From positions 235,258 to 299,257 of the forward strand of contig NMRA01000351.1 of NCBI GenBank assembly GCA_002633005.1: a stretch of DNA of 64,000 nt. Reading direction: 5' to 3'. The notes below the pieces were generated by a model. It did not search any database and was not told where the DNA came from. It saw nothing but the letters and a program-made list of their open reading frames with translations. The translations under genes were made by a program, and so were the position numbers. The number at the start of each line of letters is the position of its first letter. Position 1 is the first letter of the stretch. Positions 38,222-49,000 of this stretch are shown here, piece after piece. The stretch comes from Phoronis australis. Lineage: Eukaryota; Animalia; Phoronida.

Positions 38222-40189
38222 CGTAAAACTAGAATCGTTGCCGATGCGTCGCCGGTGGGTTTGGGCGCTGTATTGACACAGTTACACAACGGCCTATGGA
38301 GAGTTGTTTCCTATGCGTCGAGGAGCCTCTCCGAGGTTGAACGCCGTTACTCGCAGACCGAGAAGGAGGCTCTTGCCTTAGTTTGGGCGTGTGAACGTTT
38401 TCAACTTTATGTCTATGGTCGTGAGTTTGAATTGGAAAGGGATCATAAACCTCTAGAATGTTTTTTTGGTAATCGAGCGTCGAAGCCATCCGCACGAGTT
38501 GAACGTTGGGTGCTGAGGTTACAAGGCTTTGACTTTAAGGTGGTCTATCGTCCTGGAAAGACCAATATTGAGGATGCCTTGTCTCGTTTGAATCGTTCGA
38601 ATTGCCCGGATGGTGGCAAATCAGAGGTTGATCACGTGTTGGCCATAGCTCGATCCGCGACTCCAGCGACATTGACTCCGCGTGAACTGGAACAAGAATC
38701 GGCAAAGGATCCTGATTTTATTGCTTTACGTTCGCACATCATGTCTGGTCATTGGACTGGTTGTAAGACAGCATCATTCATTGCAGTTAAAAATGAGTTG
38801 TGTGTTGTTGGACATTTGATTCTACGTGGAGACCGAATTGTCGTGCCGAAATCAATGCGTGCAAGAATCATTGAAATTGCTCATGAAGGCCATCAAGGCA
38901 TTGTAAANGCGACTCCAGCGACATTGACTCCGCGTGAACTGGAACAAGAATCGGCAAAGGATCCTGATTTGATTGCTTTACGTTCACACATCATGTCTGG
39001 TCATTGGACTGGTTGTAAGACAGCATCATTCATTGCAGTTAAAAATGAGTTGTGTGTTGTTGGACATTTGATTCTACGTGAAAACCGAATTGTCGTCCCG
39101 AAATCAATGCGTGCAAGAATCATTGAAATTGCTCATGAAGGCCATCAAGGCATTGTAAAAACTAAAAACCGTCTACGAACGAAAGTTTGGTTGCCTAAGA
39201 TGGACTCTGAAGTGGAACGAATATGTAGGTCATGTCATGGATGTCAAGTGGTGGCAGGGGAGTTTGCACCACCTGAACCAATGCAACGAACGGAACCACC
39301 GACTGGGCCTTGGCAAGACTTGGCCATTGACTTATTGGGCCCATTGCCCAGAAGCGAAAGTATTCTTGTTGTTGTAGATTATTTTAGTAGATACTTTGAA
39401 ACTGTTGTGCTCCATTCCACCACGACGGAAAGAGTGATTATGGCATTGGAGCCTATCTTTTCGCGATACGGTTACCCTTTCTCGGTTAAATCGGATAACG
39501 GAACTCAGTTTGTAAGCCAATTGTTCGAGGCTTATCTTAGTGAACGGGGAATTGAACATCGACTCTCCCCTCCATTATGGCCTCAAGCCAATGGAGAGGT
39601 AGAACGACAAAATCGTACTTTGCTGAAATCTATCAAGATTGCGGTGCTCGAAGGCAAAGATTGGAGAAAGGAACTACAGGGTTTCTTGTTAGCGTATCGA
39701 TCAACACCGCATTCGACCACGGGTGCTTCCCCGGCATTTCTTATGTTTGGGCGGGAAATTCGGACAAGATTGCCTGAACTACGACCGGATGCCCATGTGA
39801 CTCTCGAGAATGTTCGTGATCGAGACTGGTGTAAGAAACTTGAAGGGAAATCGTACAGCGATGAAAAGAGACGCGCAACGAAAAACGATTTAACTCTTGG
39901 GACAAGTGTGTTACTCAAGAACACTAAATCGTCTGGGAAATTAGATCCCAAATTTGAAGCAGAACCTTACGTTCTTAAGGAGAAGGAAGGACATACAGTG
40001 ACTGTAGAAGGTCCACAGGGAACCTTCACCAGAGACAGTTCATTTGTAAAACCATTCGTTGAACGCGAGACTGCACCAGAGTCGTCTCCATCTGCTGAGC
40101 CATCAGGCGAACCGCAACGGAGTATGGAACGACCAAAACGGACTATTAAAGTCCCATCACGATTTGATGACTTTGTTTTAAACAAGTAG
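38222..40189 (+). CDS. Gypsy pol remnant: RNase H plus integrase (HHCC, DDE)
   Basis: IVADASPVGLGAVL, YSQTEKEALA, DHKPL, HEGHQG..CRSCHGC, AIDLLGP, SDNGTQF and PQANGEVERQNR. Confidence 0.92.
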   Translation, partial: RKTRIVADASPVGLGAVLTQLHNGLWRVVSYASRSLSEVERRYSQTEKEALALVWACERFQLYVYGREFELERDHKPLECFFGNRASKPSARVERWVLRLQGFDFKVVYRPGKTNIEDALSRLNRSNCPDGGKSEVDHVLAIARSATPATLTPRELEQESAKDPDFIALRSHIMSGHWTGCKTASFIAVKNELCVVGHLILRGDRIVVPKSMRARIIEIAHEGHQGIVXATPATLTPRELEQESAKDPDLIALRSHIMSGHWTGCKTASFIAVKNELCVVGHLILRENRIVVPKSMRARIIEIAHEGHQGIVKTKNRLRTKVWLPKMDSEVERICRSCHGCQVVAGEFAPPEPMQRTEPPTGPWQDLAIDLLGPLPRSESILVVVDYFSRYFETVVLHSTTTERVIMALEPIFSRYGYPFSVKSDNGTQFVSQLFEAYLSERGIEHRLSPPLWPQANGEVERQNRTLLKSIKIAVLEGKDWRKELQGFLLAYRSTPHSTTGASPAFLMFGREIRTRLPELRPDAHVTLENVRDRDWCKKLEGKSYSDEKRRATKNDLTLGTSVLLKNTKSSGKLDPKFEAEPYVLKEKEGHTVTVEGPQGTFTRDSSFVKPFVERETAPESSPSAEPSGEPQRSMERPKRTIKVPSRFDDFVLNK

Positions 40190-40217
40190 TTGCTCTCATG
40201 CTTAAGGGGGGAGGGAA

Positions 40218-40374
40218 TGTAGTATAGTGACTTAGTCGTAGGCATGTTTTATGCGGAACAGTTACTTCCGGTTTAGCCACCATGTTGGCAATTGTCTTTG
40301 GTTTTTCCAGTGTAGAATAAATCGTTAATTAGAGTAACCATCTGCGTTGTTGACGACGAACGAAAGATCTAACA
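40218..40374 (+). repeat. 3' LTR
   Basis: Preceded by the PPT; near-identical to 36375-36531. Confidence 0.93.
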
Positions 40375-42232
40375 ATACCCTACACGTCTTAGCCCCACAT
40401 CAGCAACTTTAATAGATAACTTCTTTACATCAACATCATACGGTCACATACATACATACTCTGGTATTCTTCTCTCTTCGATCTCAGACCACTGTCCTAT
40501 CTTCATTGCTTCAAAATCGATAAAGAAAATCCACCCTAAACGCCCTTCCCGTGCTGCCATTATGACGTTTTGTCCATGCCCATCTTGCAGAGTCTTAGTT
40601 AGTTTTATCTATTGACGTCATAATAAATGACAATATTCGCAATCCTCCTCTTGTTTTACTCTGCAACGTAGCTCGTGGCGTACCCCGGGCAAAATAGATT
40701 ACGATAAATTAAATTTAACTTGTTAAATGCATTTATCGTCATTATTTTGACACTTGTCTCTTTATTTTGATACCAGTCCTTGGGGTTTATTTTGCATTAC
40801 TCCTCTCTATTTATAGCCTCAAGGGCCTACTTTTGTATTCATACGTTTCTCTACGCGACTCCTGATTGGTCGCCCATATTTCCTTTGTTCTGTTCAACGT
40901 GGTCTCTCATTCAGCCACCTACCTCGTCGCCTACAAGACCTACGTTCGTTCTCTTCATTTTTCCCCACCCCCCATCCCGGGTGTCGGTTTCACTTTCTCT
41001 TTGCTCGTATACTTTTCCTGTTAGGTTTTTTCAAGTTTTGTGTTCATGTTCGGTAGTTTTCCTTTAAGCCCTTCAGGCAGTTCTTTTGTTTTGTTTTGTT
41101 CCCTCTTTCAGGGCTATTCATTGTACACGCCGGTGGGCGTTTTGTCCTTGCCCATCTTACAGAGTCTTAGTTAGTTTTATCTATTGACGTCATAATAAAT
41201 GACAATATTCGCAATCCTCCTCTTGTTTTACTCTGCAACATAGCTCGTGGCGTACCCCGGGCAAAATAGATTACGATAAATATTCTTACACACCGCAAAC
41301 AAAAACTCACTTTCTCATTAGCTTACGGAATTGCAATATCATGGAAAAAATAGACCGCAGCCTAGATTGTGACCCCACTCACAACTACGCAATACTCAGT
41401 GATACTTTGACATATCTCACGAAAAAACACTTTGGTCCAAAAAATGTTAGATATAATAAACACAAACACGCGCTTAACGCATGGATTGCACCTGGTATTT
41501 TAATTTCAGGAAATGTCACTCTACATAACGTGCTTCGCTTGAACTTTTAGACCGCATTTGTACCCATCTTGATAATGACATGAATCCCCTGGTCATCTTT
41601 CTATATCTCTCGAAAGCTTTCGACACAATAGACCACCAAATACTCTTGCAAAAGATAAATCACTATGGTATTAGTGGAGTTGAATATACACTGTTTAAAA
41701 GTTATCTCTCGAACCGCACCCAATATGTTTCACTAAGTGATACAACTTCCAGTTGGTTACCAATATCTACCGGAGTTCCCCAAGGCTCTGTCCTTGGCCC
41801 ACTTCTCTTCCTAGTTTAAATAAATGATCTTTCGTTTTCTTCTCCCATGGACACACTTCTTTATGCTGACGACACTTGCCTCGTCACACCTTACAAACTG
41901 ACTGAATCATCCCAACACACTTTAAAGCAATCAACCACCATCAACAACAACCTTAAATCTATTTCAGACTGGTTTTCTGTGAAAAAACTTTCAATTAACA
42001 CATCAAAAAGTAAATTAATGATCTTCCACTACCCCCAAAAGAAAATTGAAAAATGTATTATTCCCACCATTTATATAAATAGCAAAACAATGTGTCATGT
42101 GAACAGTTTTCCTTTCCTTGGTATTACTGTTGACAAAAACCTCTCATGTTCCCCCCACATTAACCTCATCTCAAACAAACTTAACAATGTCGGTGGACTC
42201 TTATACAAATTGAAATCTTATCTTCCTCTTCC
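40375..42232 (+). mobile_element. Decayed CR1-like LINE (APE end and RT), interrupted by an insertion at 40566-41281
   Basis: YPTRLSPTSATLIDNFF...ISDHCPIF (APE), LSKAFDTIDHQILL, GVPQGSVLGPLLF and LLYADDT. Confidence 0.88.
40566..41281. repeat. 144-bp direct repeats (40566-40709, 41138-41281) flanking a pyrimidine-rich core
   Basis: The two copies differ at only a few positions. Confidence 0.85.
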
Positions 42233-42234
42233 AG

Positions 42235-42298
42235 CTCTCCCTCCCTCCCTCCCTCCCTCCCTCCCTCCCTCCCCCTCTCTCTCTCTCTCTCTCTCTCT
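42235..42298. repeat. (CCCT)n/(CT)n microsatellite
   Basis: Directly visible. Confidence 0.95.
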
Positions 42299-42663
42299 GC
42301 CGACTCATTAGACAATCAGAGTAATGAACTGTCGGTGTTTGATTTCGGAATTGTGGACATTCGAAATAGTGAACTTTCGGTGTATTGAACCTTCGGAGTA
42401 GTGAACATTAAATTCGGAATAGTGACATTTAATTTTGGAAATCTTTTTCATCAAATTTGTTGCTCGTGTGAAGTCTGAGAGGCTGTGCACCATTGATACT
42501 GATGAGAAAACATTCTTCATTGACCAAAGATTTTATTAGGTCTAGACTTACTTTTCCCGGCCTAATAATTTGAACATGGTCGTCGGGGTTTTCTTAGAGC
42601 AAGAAAACATGGTAGTTAAATGTCTGGTTTTCAAGCAACGACGTTTGCGTGTACTGAATTTAA

Positions 42664-43030
42664 AAGAGAATGCCACCCGATTTAATTAATCTTTTTTACC
42701 GTCTTAATCGGTCTATATCCGCATTCGTATACGATCGATCTTACCTCGCCGAGAGGTGTCGCGTTAACGTGTGAGGAAGGTGAGAAACGACGCACCGACG
42801 TCAGTGGTTCTTCGTCAGAGTGAATGCCGCTATGGTGTTGTGTATCATTCCCGCTTATGCGAACTCTGAAGCTGCAAGGAAAGCGGGTATATCGTGTTTT
42901 CGATTTCCTCGAGAGCTCATAATGCTTCGGAAGTGGCTTGCGGTAGTGAAGAACGAAAAGTCTGGCGTTAATACCAAGTATGAGACCACGAAAGTTCTCC
43001 GTGTCTGTCAGTGGCCTGCACTTCGCCGGA
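42664..43030 (+). mobile_element. Kolobok-like copy C (one end only, best-preserved THAP N-terminus)
   Basis: TTAA plus A(A)GAGAATGCCACCC. ORF MVLCIIPAYANSEAARKAGISCFRFPRELIMLRKWLAVVKNEK...LRVC has the THAP FP, W and RVC residues. Confidence 0.8.
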
Positions 43031-46000
43031 TTGGTTGTTCATCAGGTTTTCATTATGAAGAATTGTAGTTGGCCATGGAAACAAAGAATTACAGTTAATT
43101 AAAGGCGTGAGAACATTACGTTTTATATAAACTGTTTGATGACTGACTCGTTCGTTAAGCTTCTGTTTGATCCTACAGGTGTTGGATGTAAGTCGCCACT
43201 TCTTTTCTTAGCCCTAAAAACGTCGTAAGCACACCTATTTTAGATGCGGTGCAAAATCAGGTTGGTCCGTAAGACAGCTCTGCGCTTTTCCAAGAATTCG
43301 TTTCACTTGCAGAATTTCGTGGTAGCAAACGCAAGCGTCAGTCTATGCTAGCAAGTATACCAAAATAGCAGATAACAAACCTAGTTTCGGATGTTTTGTT
43401 TCTTGGTTGATTTTAAGGCTATCACCGCACTACCTTTGGGAGCTCTCTCCCTGCTATGTAGGTTAGCTACGTTTAGTCATTTACTTCTAGACTCTCTTGT
43501 TTCTCTAATCGTCTGCTTGCTCCTGTCATCTACGTACACACTTCTCCGAAGAAGTTGACCAGGTACGGCCCGATGATTACGCAAATAGAAGGGCTTTGAA
43601 TCAGAAGCAAATTCCAAATTATTACTAATTTAGTTATCATTATAGTTAGTAGTAGTCGCTGCAACAATTTCGTTGTTGTCCATCTATATCCTATCTTTAA
43701 CGGATAATCAGGGGTTGGACCTTTTCCGAGGGGGAAGGGGGGGAGTTCGATCGAACCCCAAGAGCCCCCCCCCCCCGTGGCTACGGTTACCTGTACACAT
43801 GTTCCAGTTGACTAGCTCCACATCCTGACTACGTAGTCAGATTTAATTAAGAACCAATCATCCCCGTTCTAAAACCCTCGAAGTTAAAGAGCTTAAATTC
43901 ACCAATTTCATTTCAAAACACCAGTCTACTGCCGTGGTTTGTTAGTTTTGGTTTCTTCTTAACTATTTCAAAATTATAATTTCTAATTTTGAACTAATTA
44001 ACCTCCGATTAGAAGTGATCCAGCGCATGAGATTGTTTTGTCATACTCGAGACATAAAACGATCGGTCAATGATCAAGTGAATGGCTTCAAACGACCTTC
44101 AGTGGTGATCTTTTTACGCTCGTGTTTGATCAAAATAATATGTTTTATTACAAAAGGTCAGGCAATTTGCCTACTCACGCAACTCTCCTGTGACCCTAGT
44201 CACGTGATCATGGTCAAGAAAGAAATACTTCCTCACTACTTTGCATTACTGTAGGAAAGCAATATTCAATGATATCTAAAACCATGAACTTCACTGACCG
44301 TGCGCCTAATGATTCAAAATGACATAGTCATTCGCGATAGGTGGTTTCATGAATTTGGTTGTACGCAGACCTACAGTATGTATCTGTCTAAGCTCGATGA
44401 AATATGACGCAGGTGGTATTTCCAGGTTATGTGTTGTTAAACTAGATTGAAAAATCGCCTAGTTTATGTTACCTACAGGGAGCGTTAAATTTTGAAAATC
44501 GACCCTCGTCAGTTTGTATGTATCAGTCTTCAGTGTGAAATAAACCTAATTCGGACAGGTTACTGATCGCTATTACAATAAATAAGTTGTTGATATCAGT
44601 GAACAAAGCACTAGTCATTACAATAAATAAACACTACTACTCTGTAGTCGTCTGTTAGACTGGCGAACATACCCGGATGTCAAAGACCAAGCTCTGATTT
44701 AGATCACTCACTGATATCATAAAATCGATCTCACCTTGTCCCTTAAGAACGATTTCTATGCACAACAAGAACTGACGAAGCTGGTCTGCATTATTGCTTT
44801 AGATCATCATTACTCCCATTATGAGTGAATGAGTGATTAGATTAGATTAGATTTCATTTTAGTGACATTTGTTAAAGAGGTTCAAACCATTTACATAATG
44901 TTTGAAAAATAATACCCAGTCCATTTCAGTGAAGTCAGGGTGAGCAATCATGAACCAAAGAAACAGCGCTTGAGTTTCATAAAGGTATGCATATAAAAAC
45001 GGAAAAATCCCTGAACAGATTTACCATTCCATACTACTTTATCTAAATAAGAAGAGGCTCAATATTTGTATATCCATATTAAGGGGGCACACGGATTTTT
45101 GGATTAGTATTGAATGGGATAAACTTCTTGATGATTATTAACTTTGATCAGAGTTATAAAACAATGAAATATGTTGTGTTTTTGTGATTTTATTACAGTT
45201 CGCGAATTCTCGCCACTGGCTGCCAGTCACTCGCTGAAATCGAGGTCGGTGACTATATCAGTTAAATACCGGTCTTAAAATACTCGTCTACATTTCGAGT
45301 GTCAGAAAAGTGCGGTCGCAGAGGTCCTGAGCTCGCTTTCATGTCGGGGCTAGAAAATAACTCGCAAGGCTACAATAAATGAGGGAATCTTACCGCTAAT
45401 TAAACAATGGACTTAGCGACAAAAGGAATATGGCGGCTAGGGCGAACAGCAACCGCCCTCTATACATGTATGTCATAATTCTCTAGGGGCTGATCTAAAA
45501 AAATGCAGTTTTCTTGCCCAATGTGCCACTTTACGTCCGCGGTCGCAATCTAAAGTTCCGAGTCTGCTCAGGCGTAGCTAAATACCACATGTATTAATGG
45601 CAGAGTATAAGCAGACAATGTCACTTGCTGAAACGAACGGGTCTGGGAGATATCGACGAAAATTGGCGATTTGTAATAAAATCATGTGAACACTAACGAA
45701 TTTTGTTGTTTTATAGGTCTGGTGAAAGCTTATAACTTCAAGAAGTTCATCTCATCCAGCAACAATGCCACTTTAAAGAACCGTGTCTATGTTTTGGAAG
45801 AACAAATACGCCTGTTGATGAAGACGAAAATGATGAAGTGGTGTCAGTTACATGTCTCATTACAATAACATACTTGCCAACTTCTTCATTTGGTAGTTAC
45901 TGGCCCAGTTTGATCTAGTTATATGGAATTGGTGCAGCAAGATTCTGTGACACAACTTAGGGTAAAGGAGAAAATGGGTGACTGTGGGGCCAATAATTGT

Positions 46001-49000
46001 TTACAATGACCGAACAAAAACTTTCACCTTATTACTGTGATGAATATTTAACTCCACATTACGGCGTTTTCCCGTTGCTCCCAACTTGTTCGATTGTATA
46101 GCCCAACAACAAGTTGGGAAGAACACTCCTGTAGCCAATATTTTACACGACTGATTAACTCAGTCCATTCTGGCATTTATGATTAGAGGGTCAGCTCTCT
46201 TTTGTTCGATAATTGCTCTAATCTCCAGTACGGTCATATCTACTCTGAATGGGCTGTGCTGCTAAAATAAAAGTTAAGTTATATAATATTTGAACATAAA
46301 CCAATAACATTTCTGAAATCCTCGTCAAATGGTGATCATGTTTAGTTTTTGAATTGCCAAAATTGCCCAACTATAGGCTTCAACCGAAGTTACGACAATC
46401 TATAGTCTTTCCGAATGTACTAATTCGCTCTGGGTTTGACTGTGTTCACGGCCGGGTGGCCTGTAATAAGCCTGTTGTCATGTCAGACAAAAGATTGTGC
46501 TTGGAAGTTCTCAAAGAAGCTAGATGTTATCACACGCTCACAGCCCTCTACGTCTGGTAAAGTAACTGAACTCAATGCCGTCATGCAGGTTCCCGCACAC
46601 ACAATCTTAGATTACGCGAATTCCGAGCTCACACACAGCAGCATAACCTCGTAACCAGGTAAAAAACTGCACGTGCAAAATCAGCTTAAGATATTTCCAT
46701 CCTCCCGCTGTGCTGTAACATGTCACCACTATGACGTCACCGGAAATGAGGTAAAAATCTAGCACCTTGCTTCTTATCGCGCAAAAGGTCTGTGGCGCCA
46801 ATCGCCACCACGCTTGACTTTTAGGAGTAGACCATGCACGTACTGAGCATAGTTACATAGGTTTACTTGTATAAAATGGTGTGGATAGAGTTCGCAATGT
46901 TAGTGAATTAGTGAAATAAGACGACAGGAGTGCCACCTTTTCACTTGCTCTGTGACTGAGAAACAAGGACACATGTCCGTGGCAATAATTTCGTTTTCAA
47001 GGCACTGAGTTAAGTCGCAGTACAGCTACGATATTCGAATCGTGTTAGCAAAACCTAGAAAAACCAGGGTTGTTGTAGCCTACTGGTTAGTCGTAAATCC
47101 GTCAAAACATATGATCGACGCTGAAAATTAACACTGAATTTCAACAATGCCTACTGACAACACAGTGATTAAGTGATATTAATTTTGAGATAATCACGCG
47201 TAAAACAAGCACTGAGTTTACGAATACTCCAACTGAGTTGATGTAATATGGACTGGACTTTAGGCCCTGAATGTGGATCTCGGTATAGAGAAATGATTCT
47301 TCAGTTTCGGCCTACCCTCGAGATCAGCATTCATACATTTGTTTAATGCGACTTCAAAAAAAATAACGCCTCATGAGTTTAAAGCTTCTTTTTAAAATCA
47401 TATTCAGATGTTTAGTGATGACGTACATTGTGTATCTGCCACTAAATGATGACGCAAGTTGGACCCACAAATAGGACTCGTGAATAGAAATTCACAGTTA
47501 CATCATGCAGGTTTTGAACTTTTTCCGATTCAGGTAACCACGGGGCAATTCAGCACTTGAAATGTTTACAACGTTATGTGTTTGGATTAATCCGTGTGCT
47601 CCGATAACATTTCCACCCATTGTATGCTACCGGGGAGTTAGCAGTATTTCGATTGACAAGGTGCACGGTCAGGGAATACTTTTCGAAGTACTTAGTAACT
47701 GATAAAGCTACGTAAATCTGGCCTGATTAGTACTATTGTTTTTAATTCTGGCATTTTGATTTTTTTGACTGGGTTCAAATCGTCAAAATATCATCGCGCT
47801 AAACAAACGAATAATAATTCGCCGAATAACTTCTGAGTCGTGTCATCTTCTATTAAAATAAACAAAAGGGTTTTGTTTGTCTTAAACAATGTTTGGAACA
47901 ACCGTATTTTGTGTAGTAATTAATGTAACGTTTGGACTTACCAATATGATGCTAAGCTGTCGATTTGAATAAAATTAGCATGCATCTGGAGTCGAGATCT
48001 AATCGATCTTTGTTTTCCACACTCGACAAGAAACTTGGCCAATAGCGTATTGCATATGGCACGATTAGAGTACACTTTCAAATTTTGTATTACAGTGTAG
48101 TCAGTCTGAGTGTGGAGTGAGTGGAGTTTGAGTTCGAGTCCGAGTACAGCCTGGATTTGAAAAACTTGGCCCTAATTGCATAAAAGATATACGCAGGAAG
48201 TAAAAAGATTGACGAGAGTGGCGACCAGACACACATTAGCAGCTGGTGCGACCAGAGTGTTTACATGGACTGGTAATAACGGAGGTCACAACCTTAACGG
48301 TTATTTATATCGGTTCAGCGTCTTACATTTATTTGGACTGCTTGACTACGGGTGTCAACGTGCTCAGAAAGCGACGTCTAATGGATGCAGCTGGCTTGGT
48401 AGGAATGTTCCTCACACCACAACGGTAAGATCTCAGATCTGCATGTTTCGAATAATATAACGTCTTCTAGCGTACAACATTTGTTGTCCAAAACGTGCCA
48501 GAACCTGGTTGAGATCAAGGACAACGAAATTAAATAGCTGTCTTGCTGGTGGCGAACTAGACTAATTAACCCGAATCGCATTGTTATACGAACAGTACTC
48601 CAAAGAACATGGAGGGACATTTACAAAGCACAAATACTAAAAATAATTCGATCGCTTGTCGTGGGACCGTCGTTGTGGATTCGTTATGACATTTTGTTTT
48701 TGCATTCTCCGTATATGGTGATTATTTTTCTTCAGCTAAACGTAAAACACTCGCCTGTGAGTGGGCTAACGTAGTAAAGGTCGATTTACGAATTCAGGAA
48801 AATGTAGGCTTGCTGTAGGATGCGGCGCAGAAACTAAAGTGCACACTTTTTTACACATTTGTCACGTATCCCTGAAGAGCGTTCCAATTTTCTTAAGAGA
48901 AAAGCAAGATCTGGCAAGATCTATCAAAATCACGCTAGTGAAAGATCGTGGGCAATTTCTGGTAGCAGAAGTGTAGGCCAACCTTTGAAAAAAACCATCA

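Larger units (their letters stand above)
36375..40374 (+). mobile_element. Ty3/Gypsy LTR retrotransposon, internally deleted (gag, RNase H, integrase; no protease/RT)
   Basis: 157-bp LTRs TG...CA, PBS TGGCGACGAAGAT, PPT AAGGGGGGAGGGAA, gag ORF and RH-IN ORF. Assembly breaks (n) lie inside. Confidence 0.93.

Noticed and set aside
38657-39159. Tandem duplication of ~84 codons in pol
   Set aside because: The copies are joined exactly at a single n (38908), typical of unmerged contig overlap.
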